Source: Lama glama (taxonomy: Eukaryota). Taken from it: 63,770 nucleotides of DNA. A program made the position numbers and the translations under genes. Every line of letters begins with the position of its first letter. Within the stretch, counting starts at the first letter, position 1. Of this stretch, positions 37,672 to 50,687 are shown piece by piece. Location: assembly GCA_028534125.1 (NCBI GenBank), contig CM052818.1, forward strand, positions 42,348,231 through 42,412,000, given 5' to 3'. The notes under the pieces were generated by a model, which was not told the origin of the DNA, did not search any database, and was given only the letters and a program-made list of their open reading frames with translations.

Positions 37672-39879
37672 GTACTGCGTGAGAACTTCCTCTGCTCACT
37701 TTCTTGGGTGATACAGTGTGTGCTTTCATTTACCCTTTAAGGCTGTGTTTGCGGTTTTGACAGGGTTTTCAGTCTTGCAGATATTTTTGAAAATCATCCT
37801 CAAACCTTTGTCCTTTAACCTCTTCATTATTTCTTGATTGTCATTTGGGATTTTACTGCTTTAGAAGGAATTGTAGGTCATTTAAGACAGTCGATAACCT
37901 GTGGAGGAAGGAGGTGAGGAGGTGGGAGGGGTGGGAGAGGAGGGGCCTGAGTTGAAGCCAGGATGGAGCTGGGGCCGAGAAGCTGAGAAATGATCAAGCC
38001 TCTGGTTTTCAGGCTCCACTTCCAGCTGGAAGGTGTTCTGCTCTCCAGTTGAATAACGATAGATTTTTTCCCCTCTCATTTTCAGAAAAATTCAGAAATA
38101 GCCATCCATATGCTTCAACGGTTTTTTCCCCCCAATTACATGTATTCATCCTGTTTTTATGTTGCATTTTCCAATATACCTTTATTATTGACGTAACTTG
38201 TTTTGGCTAATAAGATTGTTCGTAGGTGATTTCTACTTGAGGCCTTCGTGGCATCTCAGAAAGCACCCTGGTGGGAATGAGGAGCCCCTGCCGTGACGAG
38301 GCTGGGGACCAGGGAGCTGGGACCACGCGAGGGGACCCCTGTGGCCTCCGGAGCTTCTCTGCTGTCTTATCACCATTGTGGGAACTCTAACACGATTTTC
38401 CGTGACTGAAAAGTTGACAAATAAGTAAAGTTTTCACCTAGGTGAAAACAGTGTTTAGGTACATAAGAAATATTCCACTTGCCCTTTAATGCGATGGTAA
38501 ATGAACCTATAAGTGGCCACTAACCTCCTCTTTTATTTTTCCTAAACCTTACTTGTTTATCGTATTGTATTCTTGGCTTGTAAAAAAAAAAATTTTTTTT
38601 TCCTGAGTAGAAAGATCAGTCAGTGGAGAGGAGTCCAGATAACGAACAAAGGGAAGATTTCAAAATATGTGTGAGACGCATAAATGCGTGGAAAAGATAC
38701 TGGGGAGAATTCAGAAGCTCGATAAGTTTTATTTCATTTTGTATTCAGTGCCCGTTAGCCTGTCTAACGAGTGACATCATATAATGACGTGAGCGGCGTA
38801 GACGCCTTTGCGGGGAGCATGTGCGCTTTACCGGTCTTGATTGTATCCTGCTGGGATTCACAATAGTTACAAGAACTAGGCTAAAATCTGACTCTTAAAG
38901 TAAAAGTGATTTATACCTACTAGTATATATTTTTTCTAATCGCATATTCTGTATTCAGATCCGGAGAATTGTCATTACCCTTCTTGGAATAAGTACGGTC
39001 TTTCAGTGGATAGAGTAGCGTATGCGAGGCCAGGGGGTTAGTAACAAAAAAGCTGCTTGCTTCAACTAGGCTGTGATTTAAGGGTACCAGCTGGCTCCTT
39101 GCGAATGTTCAGTTAGACCATGGATGGTCTATAATAGGAGACTCTTCTGGTTCCTAAACTGGACCTTATTTGATTTTGTTAAGGTGACTATCATAGCAAA
39201 TGCTGGAAATAACCTTAACCTTATGTATTTGTCTCTTTTAAGCTCAGGCCTTGATTTTAACCTCTTTAATTATATAACCAATGAAAAAGCATCTTACATA
39301 CTTGAGGTTTGTCCAATTTCAGTTAAAGGACTTTGTCCATTGGAGCCTCAGTTCCCTCTTGTCTCGGTAAATATATTAATAATTGCCCTGCCTAACCCAT
39401 GGGCTTTTTTTTTTTTTTTAAATAGAAAGTTTCACAATGAGAATAGTAACATGAAATCTCAACGTGCCCGACTCCCAGCTTCAACAATTATCAAAATGTG
39501 GCTGGTCTTATTTCATGCCTGCCCCTACCTACCCTTCCTATGCTCCTGTGGATCATTTTAAAGAAAAACCAAGTCATCTTTTCATCTTACCCACAAATCC
39601 TTCCATATCTGGTTCTCAAAGATACATTGAAACATCACTACCACCATTACGAATTAGAAAGTTGATAGTAGTTCTCTAATATCATCAGATGTCCAGTTAA
39701 TGTTTCGATTTTCACATGGTTGTTTTGAAAGACAAAGCAGTTATATTCAGAATTACTTGCAAAACCTGGACAGCATTATTAACATTATCGTATTTGGTTT
39801 GTGGTCATATCTGGTAGCTTGTGTCCTGTTTCTTAAATGATTTATTGTCACATTAGTTTTTACAGCTGTTATCAAAGAG

Positions 39880-40390
39880 GGGCGGGCAGTGTGGGACGGG
39901 AGGGTGTGGTGGGGAAGGCAGAATTTTGGATTCTAATCCTGGCTCCATCAGTGGCTGGCTGTGTGATTCTGGGCACGCTCCTGAACATCTTTACCCTTCA
40001 ATTTCTTTTTTGATAAAATGGGGCTAATTAAAACTCCTTGTGGGATAATTATAAACATTGAATTAGATAACATATGTACAATATGTGGGTTTACATAGTT
40101 GACGCTTAATAGATTATAACTGTTGAACATGGTTAGAACACAATAATAATGCTAGAGAAATTTGCATGTAACGAGCATTACTTGTGCCTGGCTTTGTGCC
40201 AAAGGACTGATTTTTATATTATTGAATGTGAACAACACCTTCTATTCACAGTTTTCCTCATCCTTATTTTACAGATACTAGAAATTGGAGATCTCAGCGG
40301 CTTACGAACTAGTAAAGTCGTAAAGCAAGGGTTTTCACTCAAGTCCGGATGGTCCTGGAGACCAGGCTCTTAACAACCACTACCTGTTGC
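39880..40390. mobile_element. Two MIR relics in opposite orientation
   Basis: ggattctaatcctggctcc...gctgtgtgattctgggca...taaaatgggg and catccttattttacagat... Confidence 0.6.
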
Positions 40391-40515
40391 TCGGTGTGGT
40401 GTTTGTGGTCGTAGCCCGTTTGCTTTGAGAGTCTCCTGAGAGTGTTTCACTCTGTCCATGTAGAAACGTTTAATTTCTATTTGATATTTACACATTGAAT
40501 TCCATATCTTTGCAG

Positions 40516-40718
40516 GAAACACTGCAGAAATACAGTTACATCTATGATCTGTCCCGGTCAGAAAAAGAGAAAGTTCATGATCAGGCTGTGGCCATGTGTT
40601 TGGACGGGCAGCCTCTGAGAATGATTCAGCAGCTGCTCGAGGTGGCCGTCGGCCCCCTCAACATCTCGCCCAGGGATGTAGTACAGAGCGCAGTGATGAA
40701 AATCGTCTCTGCACTAAG
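40516..40718 (+). CDS. NBAS: NBAS coding exon (about exon 46), 203 nt, phase 0/2
   Basis: Acceptor ttgcag| and donor AG|gtaggc. Encodes ETLQKYSYIYDLSRSEKEK...MKIVSAL. Confidence 0.96.
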
Positions 40719-42814
40719 GTAGGCGACAAAATCGTCACTGAGGAAAACCTAAGCAGTATTTTGCCAGTAAAAGTGCTTGTTTCACGGTTGTTATGAAGTA
40801 AACCATCATCGTGCATGTAGAAGCATTTTTATAAACTATGAAGTATTTGATAAAAGTGAGAGATTGCAAGTAGACTTCTGAGTCTCATGTCTTGAAATGT
40901 CTTGAAAGTGGGGAACCACACAAATGTCTCGTCACTGGTATCGTGTGTAACATGTCAAGAAGCTCGCTAACCTCCAGGTAGACCCTCTCCCCCACTCAGA
41001 TAGTACCTGAAATCCGGGACAGACCGAAATGGCATGGGAACAGGTAACTGTCAGGCCGTCACGCGACTTCAGTGTGGCTTCTCAGAGCTGTGTTTTCTCA
41101 TTCCCTTCTCTGTAGCAGCGGGAAAACAGTTCCCAGGAGCTTCTTTTGAAGTACGCAAGGCAAGGTTAATCATATACTGAAGAAGCTAGACATCTGTTAA
41201 GGATCTTAGGAAGTTATTTACCTGCAAATAATGGCATAAAACCGACAATTGAGAAATTCTAGCTTTCTGTCAATTCGCCAGTACCTTTGTAAGGGTGCCT
41301 CCAAGAGGATTAGGAGAGAGGGGAAAGTTAAGCTAAGAAAATAATGAGGCATCAAGTGCTTTCTGTGAATAATGCAATTAGGCTAAAAGATTTAGTTGTG
41401 TTTAATTTATTCTTCTTTTAAGCATTCTTTGTACTTTGCTGCTCTTGAGAAACTTTCTGATTAAATGCGTCTGTTTTCAGCAGCTGAACTGAAATCAAAG
41501 GAGCCTTTATCAATTTAATTACCCAGCTTCATACAGCTTTCACCTTAATGCTCTGAGGTCTCTCATGATTTTAAATATAGGGAGAGAAATAAAATACCGT
41601 CACATTTTTTTAAGAAATAACAAATGTGAAAATTAATAAAGCTTTATTCTCTTGTGAGCTGACCATGTTTTGGTGGCGGTTTTTTAGAGGCACTTTCCTT
41701 ATTCAAATGGTGACAGATAATTATTTGCCATGTTTTGTATCTTTTGATTCAGTTGTCTTTTTTTCTTCCCTAAATCAAGGTTTAGATGAAGCTCACAAAT
41801 ACAGAAGTTTCAATAATTAGTGCTTTGAATGTAATTTAGCTTATTTTTTCAAAAATTGCACATTTTCATTAATCATCAAAATATGATGTGATATTTTTAC
41901 ATTTGTAAAATTCTGACAAATCATACTCCCCTCTCCTTCCCGGTACCCAGTTCTACTAAAGATTTTGTTCTGATCTAAGGTATATTGCACTTAGCACACA
42001 AAAGACATTCAATAAAAGTGAATTAACTCTTTCAGTAGTGGGAGGAAAGGGAACTTCAGGAGGTCAGCTACCTCTTCTTCAAAGGAAAAGAAATTGCTGT
42101 TGACAGCACCCATAACAGTTATCTTTTAGAAGGTTAGTAAAATTCAGTAGGCATAAAATGACAAAGGTGTGAGCATACTGAATCCAGCAGTTGGTTTCAA
42201 TCCTATAACTTAAATTATTCAGAAAACTCATGTAAACCTTTTTCCTCTATTGCATTTTCAAAATTCAATAGAGTTCCAGAAATACACGTCTGTAAAATGG
42301 GCATAATAACAGGGCCTGCCTCGTGGGCTGCTGAGATTGTTCCAGGGCAGGATATGTGTAGGGCGCTTAGCAGTGCCTGGTACCTAGTAAGTACCCTGTA
42401 AATATTACTGCCTTGAAAAAAAGGCCAACTGGAGAATTCAGATGATTATTATATATTTAATGCTTAAAATAGCTCATATATTTAATGTCCATTGAATGTA
42501 TTTTTGAATGACAGAATGCACGTAGATTTTGTTGCTCTCGTTTCTTTCCTTTTTTTTTTTGTTACTCTTTTGATAGGAAAATGAGCGTATATTAGACTGT
42601 GAGTGTTCAGGGCAGAGAAGTTTTCATCTCCACATCCTTCGCACCCAGTACAGGACTTGGCACACCAGTAGGCTGCGTATACTGTGAGGGGTTATGAGCC
42701 GGCCGTATGCTGTGCCGAGATCCAGCTGGGTTTACCCGAGTGTAAACGCCCAGCTTGTTTCCGAGACTTGAACCATCCTGTTCTGAATCCGTTCTTCTCT
42801 GTCTCCCTTCACAG

Positions 42815-42904
42815 TGAGGGCAGTGCTGACCTTGGAGGGCCGGCAGACCCGCTCCGCGTCCTGGAAGGGGTTGTCGCCGCAGTCCACGCCAGTGTGGACA
42901 AGGG
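42815..42904 (+). CDS. NBAS: NBAS coding exon (about exon 47), 90 nt, phase 2/2
   Basis: Pyrimidine tract then tcacag|; donor GG|gtaaga. Encodes (S)EGSADLGGPADPLRVLEGVVAAVHASVDK(G). Confidence 0.96.
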
Positions 42905-45433
42905 GTAAGACTAGAGCAATTTGTGTGTCTGACTTAATGATGTCCGTCGAGTCTTTGAATTGCTTTTAGGATCCATGTTTATGGAGCTTCCAGGACTAAG
43001 CGTCTTTTCTAGGCATTTCTGAAGGAAGAGCCAAGGACTTTGTGCATCTGGAGACACATTTTCCGGCCATCCTCTTACCCCATCAGCTCCGGCAGGACAA
43101 CTCTCCTTCCCTCCTGAGCCCTGCTTGCATGGAGCACTCTCTTCCGAGGGAGGCCACGGAAGGAAACTGCTCTGAGCCTCTGAGGACAGGAAGGCTGCAC
43201 GTCTCCAGGGGGCTAAGTGTATGATTACGTATGGAAATTCCCCGAGTGTATATGTCATTTTTTTAAAAACCTTTTATATGTTAGATCTGTCTTGTCTGAC
43301 GACTAAGCACATACGGGCTTTGTAAGTCTGGGGCAGTGTATGTCTCCGTGCCATTTTTAGAAGGATTTTTTGTTCAGGTGCAGTGGTAGTGGTAGGCATA
43401 GCAGCAACAGCAATGTGACAGTTTTCTGTGTCCCAGAGTTTTCAAAGACCTTTCGTATGTCTGATGTCCATGGCAGTCCTGGAAGGCCTCACTCCAGTTT
43501 TCTTTCTTTAGTGGAAAATATGATGTAATAATAATGAAGCATATTTGAGAAAACCCCTCATAGTTTATTCTGTAGTATAATTGGGTTTTTTGCATATTAC
43601 CATCTAGTTATTGTTCAGGTACAGATATATTTTTATACAGTTTTGATCAAAACATATAAACACTTTTCTGTTTTACTTACTTGCTTTTGGAACTCTTTCC
43701 ATTTATCTTTGTTGATTTAATGGTTGTGATTTTTGTTAGCTGCACATGTTGTTGCTGTTTTCAGATGAGGATAGAAGGGTTCACAGAGAGGAACTGACTT
43801 GCCCAGAGCCGTAGACCTGGGAGATAGACCCAGGATTCCAGCCCAGCCCTGCGTCATAATTTAGCACTCAGATGCCTTTTTAGCGCATTTCCATGCATCG
43901 CTTTGTGCCCAAGGTTTGAGTGAAAGAACACAGGCTGAGCCACGTGGGTGGATCTGGAAAAACACGGCGAGCAGAGCCCTCTACTTACTCGGCCTTTTCT
44001 TTGCATGGTTTTTCTAAACTCCTCTGTTTGTGAGTTGGCTGTAGCTACCTTAGGCCTCTTATTTCTAAAGAGGAATGTCATTGTTCTGTGTGTTGACCGC
44101 TTGTCATGCTCTGTGCGCCTTCGTGAGCAGTTAGTTCTGGGTCAGAAGTAAACACCAATCCGGAAGAGCTTGGAGCCTTGCCGGGAAGACCAGCTTGCCC
44201 ATGGCCCTGGTTATGTGCAGCAGAGCAGTGAATGTCATGCAGAAAGCAAGGGAGTGGGGGCTTCTTCTGCCTGGGAAGTGAGGGCAGGAGCCGCAAGGGG
44301 TGGTATTGGACCTGCTCTATGAAACCTGAGTCCATGAGGAGGAGGAAGAGGTGGATAATGGTACTCTAGGCTGGGGAAACTGCCAGAACAAGGCAGATGA
44401 AGGAGATGCAGGAGACAGATGCAGGCAGAGATGCTGCGTGGGAAACCGTCAGTCAGCCACCTTCTAGAGGGTACGTGGAGCTGCTGCCATTCCAATCACA
44501 GCCCACCCGTCAGTTCCCAGCTCGCCGCCCCAGTGAGCTGCTGTCAGGTAGTGCTGACCTGAATTCTGGCTTCACATGATGAAAGGGATGTTAACAGGCA
44601 CTGCTTTAAGCCCCTTCCAGTGGGGTCCCTCAGTCTTGTCCCTCCGGGACATCTCAGAAAGATTAGAAGGCAGTGTTTTTCTTAGAGAATTTCCAGTGAG
44701 ATAGATAGAAGAATCCAGCAGACTATTTTTTTTAAGCTTCGATTTCCAAAGAGGAAGGCACTGGGGGAGAGAGAGAACAAGATCTTACTTTTCATCCCAG
44801 AGACAGAGAATAACAAAGCTCCTTAACAAACAAACAAAACAAACAAACAAAACACCACTTCAGTGAACCTTTTTTGTTTCCTTAAAAAAAGAGGAAGAAA
44901 GACAAAGTCATAATTTCATTCCTGCCAGGTGTTCTTGAGTGTACGCAGTTAAACGTGACGCCCTTGGGCTTCCGTTCCCCTTCCCGCCGGCGTGCCCGCT
45001 GGACTCACGCTCTTCCCAGGTCGTTCCCAGTGCGGTCTCAGAGTGACATGGGGATTCAAGCTCTTTTAAAGGAACGCTCTTGGGTCACTCATTACTTGTT
45101 CTGACATGACCAACTAACCTCCAGGAGGCCGTGCTAGGCTGGTGTGCCCTCACCCTGCCTCAGTCCCGGCCCTGTAATTGGGACATCCACTGCCCTCTGT
45201 GGCATCTGTTTAAATGGCCGATCACCTTTCTTCATACACATTGTCACCTCTCTCTCATACACACACACTCTCGCACTCTTAGGTGAGGCATACACCATCC
45301 CATAATATGTCTGCCAGGAAGATGGCGTAGAAGAGTCAGTTTGGCCGTGTGTATAATGGCTACCACCAAGTGTTTGGTTTTGTGCTTAATTTTTAGAAGG
45401 TTTGTGCCATTATCAGCATGTCCTCCTTTGGCT

Positions 45434-45875
45434 CTTTTTATTTTACTTTTTAAATTGAAGTTTAGTTGATTTACAGTGTTATGTTAGTTTCTGGTGTGCA
45501 GCATAGTGATTCAGTTATATATGTATACTTTTTTTATATTCTTTTTCATTATAGGTTATTACAAGATACTGAATGTAGCTCCCTGTGTTACACAATAGGA
45601 CCTTGTTTATTTACTATATATAGTAGTTTGTAGCTGCTAATCCCAAACTCCTAATTTATCCCTCCCCCACCTTTCCCCTTTGGTAACCATAAGTTTCTTT
45701 TCTACGTCTCTTTCTGTTTGTAAATAAGCAAGTCTCTTTCTGTTTTGTAAATAAGTTCATCTGTATCATTTTTTTTTAATTCCACTTACAAGTGATAGCA
45801 TATGGTATTTTTCTTTCTCTTTCTGTCTTGCTTCACATAGTATGGTAATTGCTAGGTCCATGATGCTGTAAATGG
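45434..45875 (-). mobile_element. 5'-truncated L1 3' end
   Basis: tttttaaattgaagtttagttgatttacag...ggtaaccataagttt. TSD cctcctttg(g/a)ct at 45422-45433 and 45876-45887. Confidence 0.88.
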
Positions 45876-46234
45876 CCTCCTTTGACTTTTTATATTGGTA
45901 CAGATATCATCTGCCTTTTAACTGTAGCCCCTGCCTGTCCCTTAAAGCCCCCTTTTCCTCTTCTTTTACTTGTGTTTAGTGTAAACGGCATAAAACCACG
46001 ACACCCAGGCAGGCACCAGTGGAACGATCAGACAGACTTCCAGTACAGACAGACTTCCTTTTCAGTTTAACCACATTCTTTCCTCTAGATAGCAGGGTGA
46101 AGCATTCTAGGGATTTGAAATGGTGTCAAAAGCCTTTTATAACATCTACAATTAAAGATGTGATTAAGATAATTAATTATTCAGAGGCTCATGCATACTA
46201 AATTTATTTTATGAATGTATGTTTTCTCCCATTG

Positions 46235-46668
46235 CAGGCATACCTCAGAGCTTCTGAGGGTTTGGTTCCAGATCACCACAATAAAGCGAGGCACACACAT
46301 TTTTTGGTTTCCCAATGTTCATGAAAGTTATACTCTACTGTAGTCTGTTAATTGTGCAAGAACATTATGTCTGATAAAAACAGTGTGCGTACCTTAATTA
46401 AAAAATACCTTATTGCTAAAAAAAATGCCGAAACAATTACAATAGTGACATCAAAGATCCCTGATCACAGAGCACCATACCAATGTAATAATAACGAAAA
46501 AGTTTGAAGTATTGTGAGTATTACCAAAATGCGACACAGAGCCATGAAGTGAGCAAATGCTTTTGGAAAAATAACATCAATAGGCTTGCTCAGTGCACGG
46601 GTGCCAGCAACCTTCAGTTTGCAAAGAAACGCAGTATCTGTGAAGTGTAATGAAAGGAGGTGTGCCTG
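46235..46668 (-). mobile_element. Tigger1-derived non-autonomous element (Tigger1a_Art-like)
   Basis: TIRs caggcatacctc ... gaggtgtgcctg; colinear with 9105-9608. Confidence 0.85.
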
Positions 46669-47119
46669 CATTTATGTATATCTGTAACATCATATTTTGA
46701 TAATATATTTTAAACTTCTAGTTTATGTTGAGAATTAGTTTATTAGTTTGCTTAAGAAAAATAAGTTTAAAAGCAATTCAAGTTAAAATTATAATGTTCT
46801 GAAATCGTATATCCGTTAAGCCAGGAATGAAGAAAATACCGCCATGCATTTTAAAAACAAAAATCTGATGAACATGTGTTGCTTACTCTGTGCCAAGAGC
46901 TTTGAAAGGGTTATTTAGCAACTCGCTCAAGTCCTTGGAGCCACCCTGTCGTGTCAGTAGTAGTAGTGATGGTACCATCTCCTTTTCACAGATTAGGAGA
47001 TGAAGCTCGGACAGGTTTTGTCGTTTGTCCGGGGTCACCCAGGTGAGGACACGCTGTGCATTTCTCTCACCGTATCTCATCTCCTTCTGACATGAGAGAG
47101 CCTGCAGTGGACAGGAAAG

Positions 47120-47272
47120 CAGTGCTTCTCAAAAACATCATTGTGCTTAGAAATTAAAATACAGATTTTAAAACATCGATTTCATTTGGGTGGATGTGGG
47201 TGGGGCCTGAAATTCTGCATTTCTAACCCGCTCCCAAGTGCTCCCTAGTCCATAGACTGAAATTTGAGTCAA
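47120..47272. mobile_element. MER5A-like hAT-Charlie relic
   Basis: cagtgcttctcaaa...gggtggggcctgaaattctgcatttctaac...ctccca. Confidence 0.65.
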
Positions 47273-48661
47273 GGGGCATCTCCCTCCGTTTTCCCCCCTC
47301 TTCCACCTACTCCTCTCCGCCTTGGCCTTATTTCCTTGTCTTCTCCCTGCCTTCGCATACCTTTAAAGAGATTTCCTAACAAGAATGACCCACAAGCATG
47401 AACCAGTATGTTAGTGATTCTCAAAAGGATGTGCAGAAATAAATCCACTCAGGAAACAGTCAATTAATGAGGAATTCCTCTGTCGCTATTTAAGAAGGAA
47501 GCAAGAGTGCCTTCCAAACTGTTGAGTATTTTAGGAGTTTTCATGTGTTTGTTTAAATTGCTGCTTAATCACAGTACCAGTCTCAGCTGTCTTCTGGCTT
47601 CATGGATATTGAAGTGTCCGATCATTCGGACTTCATTGAGCGCTTTGGTTGTTCCCTAGGGACTTCACATTATTTTTAAAGCACAGAAAAGACAAAAAAA
47701 AAAAAAACCAGAAAACAAAAACAAAGAAAACAAACCCACTAGAGCAAATTGAATCCCATTTCTTCTTACTCTTCATGCTCTATGAGGCAAAGTAAATCGT
47801 CAGATGTGCTCGGCACAGTGCATGAGCACACTGTGTCCTGGAATGCCGAGCCCTGCTGAAAGTCATAGTCCCCACCTAGGATGGGGGACCCACTCTACCA
47901 AGGCAGTATTTCTTGAGGCCACCTTAGGCCTTATTTATGACTCACAGCTGCCATTTCTGCCTTACTGCATCGAGATGCATGCTTGCTTTGATTGATGAAG
48001 GAACCTCAAGAAGATACTCTGATTGGCATACATTTGAAAGCCGGCCACAGGGACGTTGTATTTATCAAAAGCTAAGGTTTGAGATTGGGATTGTGTGCAC
48101 ACCAAGAGTATTGGCTTTGGGGGAAGTCACACTGTTTATACTACTGCAGTGTCATTGGCACATTTCACATTCATTTATTTTCATTTCCTCTGATTGTTTG
48201 CCAGGTGCCCTAGTTGGTTCATGGGAGCTTGTAAATAAAAGACATTGTCCTGGGAAATGTCTGTTCCACCCAATTCCATGAGTAGCGAGGAAAGCATGCA
48301 CAGTGTGTGGACAGATTCCTTAACTGAGTTAAGGGACCTACCAGAAGTATGTGTATTTATGTCCCTCACTGTTCACTCACTCACAGTTACCTGTGCTTGC
48401 CTCTCCCACCCTCCCTCCTGCACGCCCACCTGCCTGTCCTTCCTCCTCTCTTTATCTAGCCTCACATCTTACAGATCAGAATTTGCAAACTCATTTCCTA
48501 CTGAGGCCAAGCAGGTAATGGAAATGAGCAAGTGGTCTGGGCTTAAGGGGAGGCAGGTAGTGGAGATGGCTGAGGGGAACTTGGGAGCTCAGGAGGCCAT
48601 ATCTAAAGGAGACAAGACAGCTGCCAGTGAGTTCTCATCCTCCAGCACTTAAAAAGGAGCT

Positions 48662-48872
48662 ATGTTGTTAAGAGAGTAGATCCCAAGAGATCTCACCACA
48701 AGGAAAAGAAAGTTTTTTTTTGTTTTTGTTTTTGTTTTTTTGTATCTATATGAGATGATGGATTTTCATTAAACTTACAGTGGTAATCTTTACAATATAT
48801 GTAAGTCAAATCATTATGCTGTACACCTGAAACTTTCACAGTGTATGTCCATTGTATCTCAATAAAACTGGG
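48662..48872 (+). mobile_element. Older L1 (L1M-type) 3' terminal fragment
   Basis: taagagagtagat...ctcaccaca...gtcaaatcattatgctgtacacctgaaact...tatctcaataaaactgg; approximate TSD aaaa(g)gagct. Confidence 0.75.
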
Positions 48873-48890
48873 GAAAAGAGCTGAAAAAAA

Positions 48891-49750
48891 TTTTTTTCAT
48901 TTTTATTGAAGTGTAGTTGATTTACAATGTTAGTTTCAGGTGTACAGCAAAGTGATTCTGTTATACATGTGCATACATATATATATTTATTTTCAGGTTC
49001 TTTTCCATTATATGTTATTACAAAGAATTGAATATAGTTTAGTTCCCTGTGCTATACAGTAGGTCCATGTTGTTCATCTGTTTTATACATAGTAATGTAT
49101 GTCTGTCCATCCCCAACCCCTGATTTATCCCTCCCTGCCCTTCCCCCTTTAGTAACCATAGTCTATTTTCTATGTCCATGAGTCTTTTTGGTTTGTAAAT
49201 AGAATTTGTTTTAGATTCCACATATAAGTGATATCATACAATATTTATCTTTGTCTGATTTACTTCACTCAATATGATAGTATCTAGGTCCGTCCGTGTT
49301 GCTGCAAATGGCATTATTTTATTCTTTTTATGGCTGATTAATATTCCACTGTATATGTGTATCACATCTTTTTCATCCAGTCATCTGTTGATGGACATTT
49401 AGGGTGTTTCCATGTCTTGGCTATTGTAAATAGTGCTGCTATAAACACTGGGGTGCATGTGTCTTTTTGAATTATAGTCTTCTCCAGATATATGCTGGAT
49501 CATATGGTAGTTCTATTTTTAGTTTTTTAAGGCATCTCCATACTGTCCTCCATAGTGGCTGCACCAAATTACATTCCTACCAACCGTGTAGGAGGGTTTC
49601 TTTTTCTCTACATCCTCTCCAACATTTATCATTTGTAGACTTTATAATGATGACCATTCTGACTAGTGTGAGGTGATACCTTATTGTAGTTTTGATTTGC
49701 ATTTCTCTAATAATTAGTGGTATTGAGCATCTTTTCATGTTCCTGTTGTG
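48891..49750 (-). mobile_element. Young 5'-truncated L1, antisense
   Basis: tttttattgaagtgtagttgatttacaatgttag...gatttgcatttctctaataattagtgg...gagcatcttttcatgt. Confidence 0.88.
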
Positions 49751-50687
49751 GAAAATCTTGATTGTGTAAAATATTTTAATTTTGAAAAATTGGCATATAT
49801 TGTGTAAGCCAGGATGTAAATTTGGCTGCTGGTTTATAACTTCAATATCAAAGATTAGACAAAAAATGACCTTATGTTCCCTTCAAGCATTCAAATTCTA
49901 TGACATTTATATTTACAAGAAATTGCAAAGGTCTATGTTTTTCTTGTTTGAATGCAGTCTTTCCTTCCCCCAGTCTCAAGTAAGAACAATAATCTTATTT
50001 TGTGTAGTGCATCATGATATGTAAGTGCTTTTCATATTTGCTATCTCTTTTAATGTACCTTAAGCAATTAAGTTCAAGGTTGGGTTATCTTCCTATGTTA
50101 CGCTATGCAGAATCTGCAAGCTCTTACAAAGGATCAGCTTGTTAACGTTCTCAGAATTTGTCTTTTTCTTTAATTCAGTAATTGCCTTTGTTTAGTTTCC
50201 ATCTCCCTTCCATCCCTTTGTAGTTTTGTGAATACCCTCTCATGCTACATTACATGACAGAACATCACATTCTCCGGTTAATTATTCAGGGACCTGTTTT
50301 TGTTGTCATTGTTGCTGCTCTTGAGCTTTCCTGCTAACAGAGCAACTTGTATATTTCAGAAGACGCCTTATCTTTTAGACCAAAACTGATTATATGAAAT
50401 GTGTGTTCCCTTTTTAATTCTTAAAGAATAGTGTATTGAATTACCTTGTGCAGTATAATAACCTCCCCTGAAAATCCTCATTATAAGGAAAAAGGTAAAA
50501 GCAAATGTCTGCATATTTGCAATGAACTATGAGAGGTTTTTCTCTACTATCTGTTTTGTATCTAATAAAATCATTTGCATAACTTTTATAAGGTAAAAAT
50601 GTTTTGAAATCATGTTCTCCTTCTATTCTTTAGCTCATTAAACCCTCTCCTTGCCTTCATAAAATACTGTAAAAATGGAATCATTTT

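Noticed and set aside
38750..38810. Small hairpins (cgttag...ctaacg; ggcgt-ag-acgcc) as a possible ncRNA
   Set aside because: The stems are only 5-6 bp, with no miRNA-length hairpin or clear snoRNA box arrangement.
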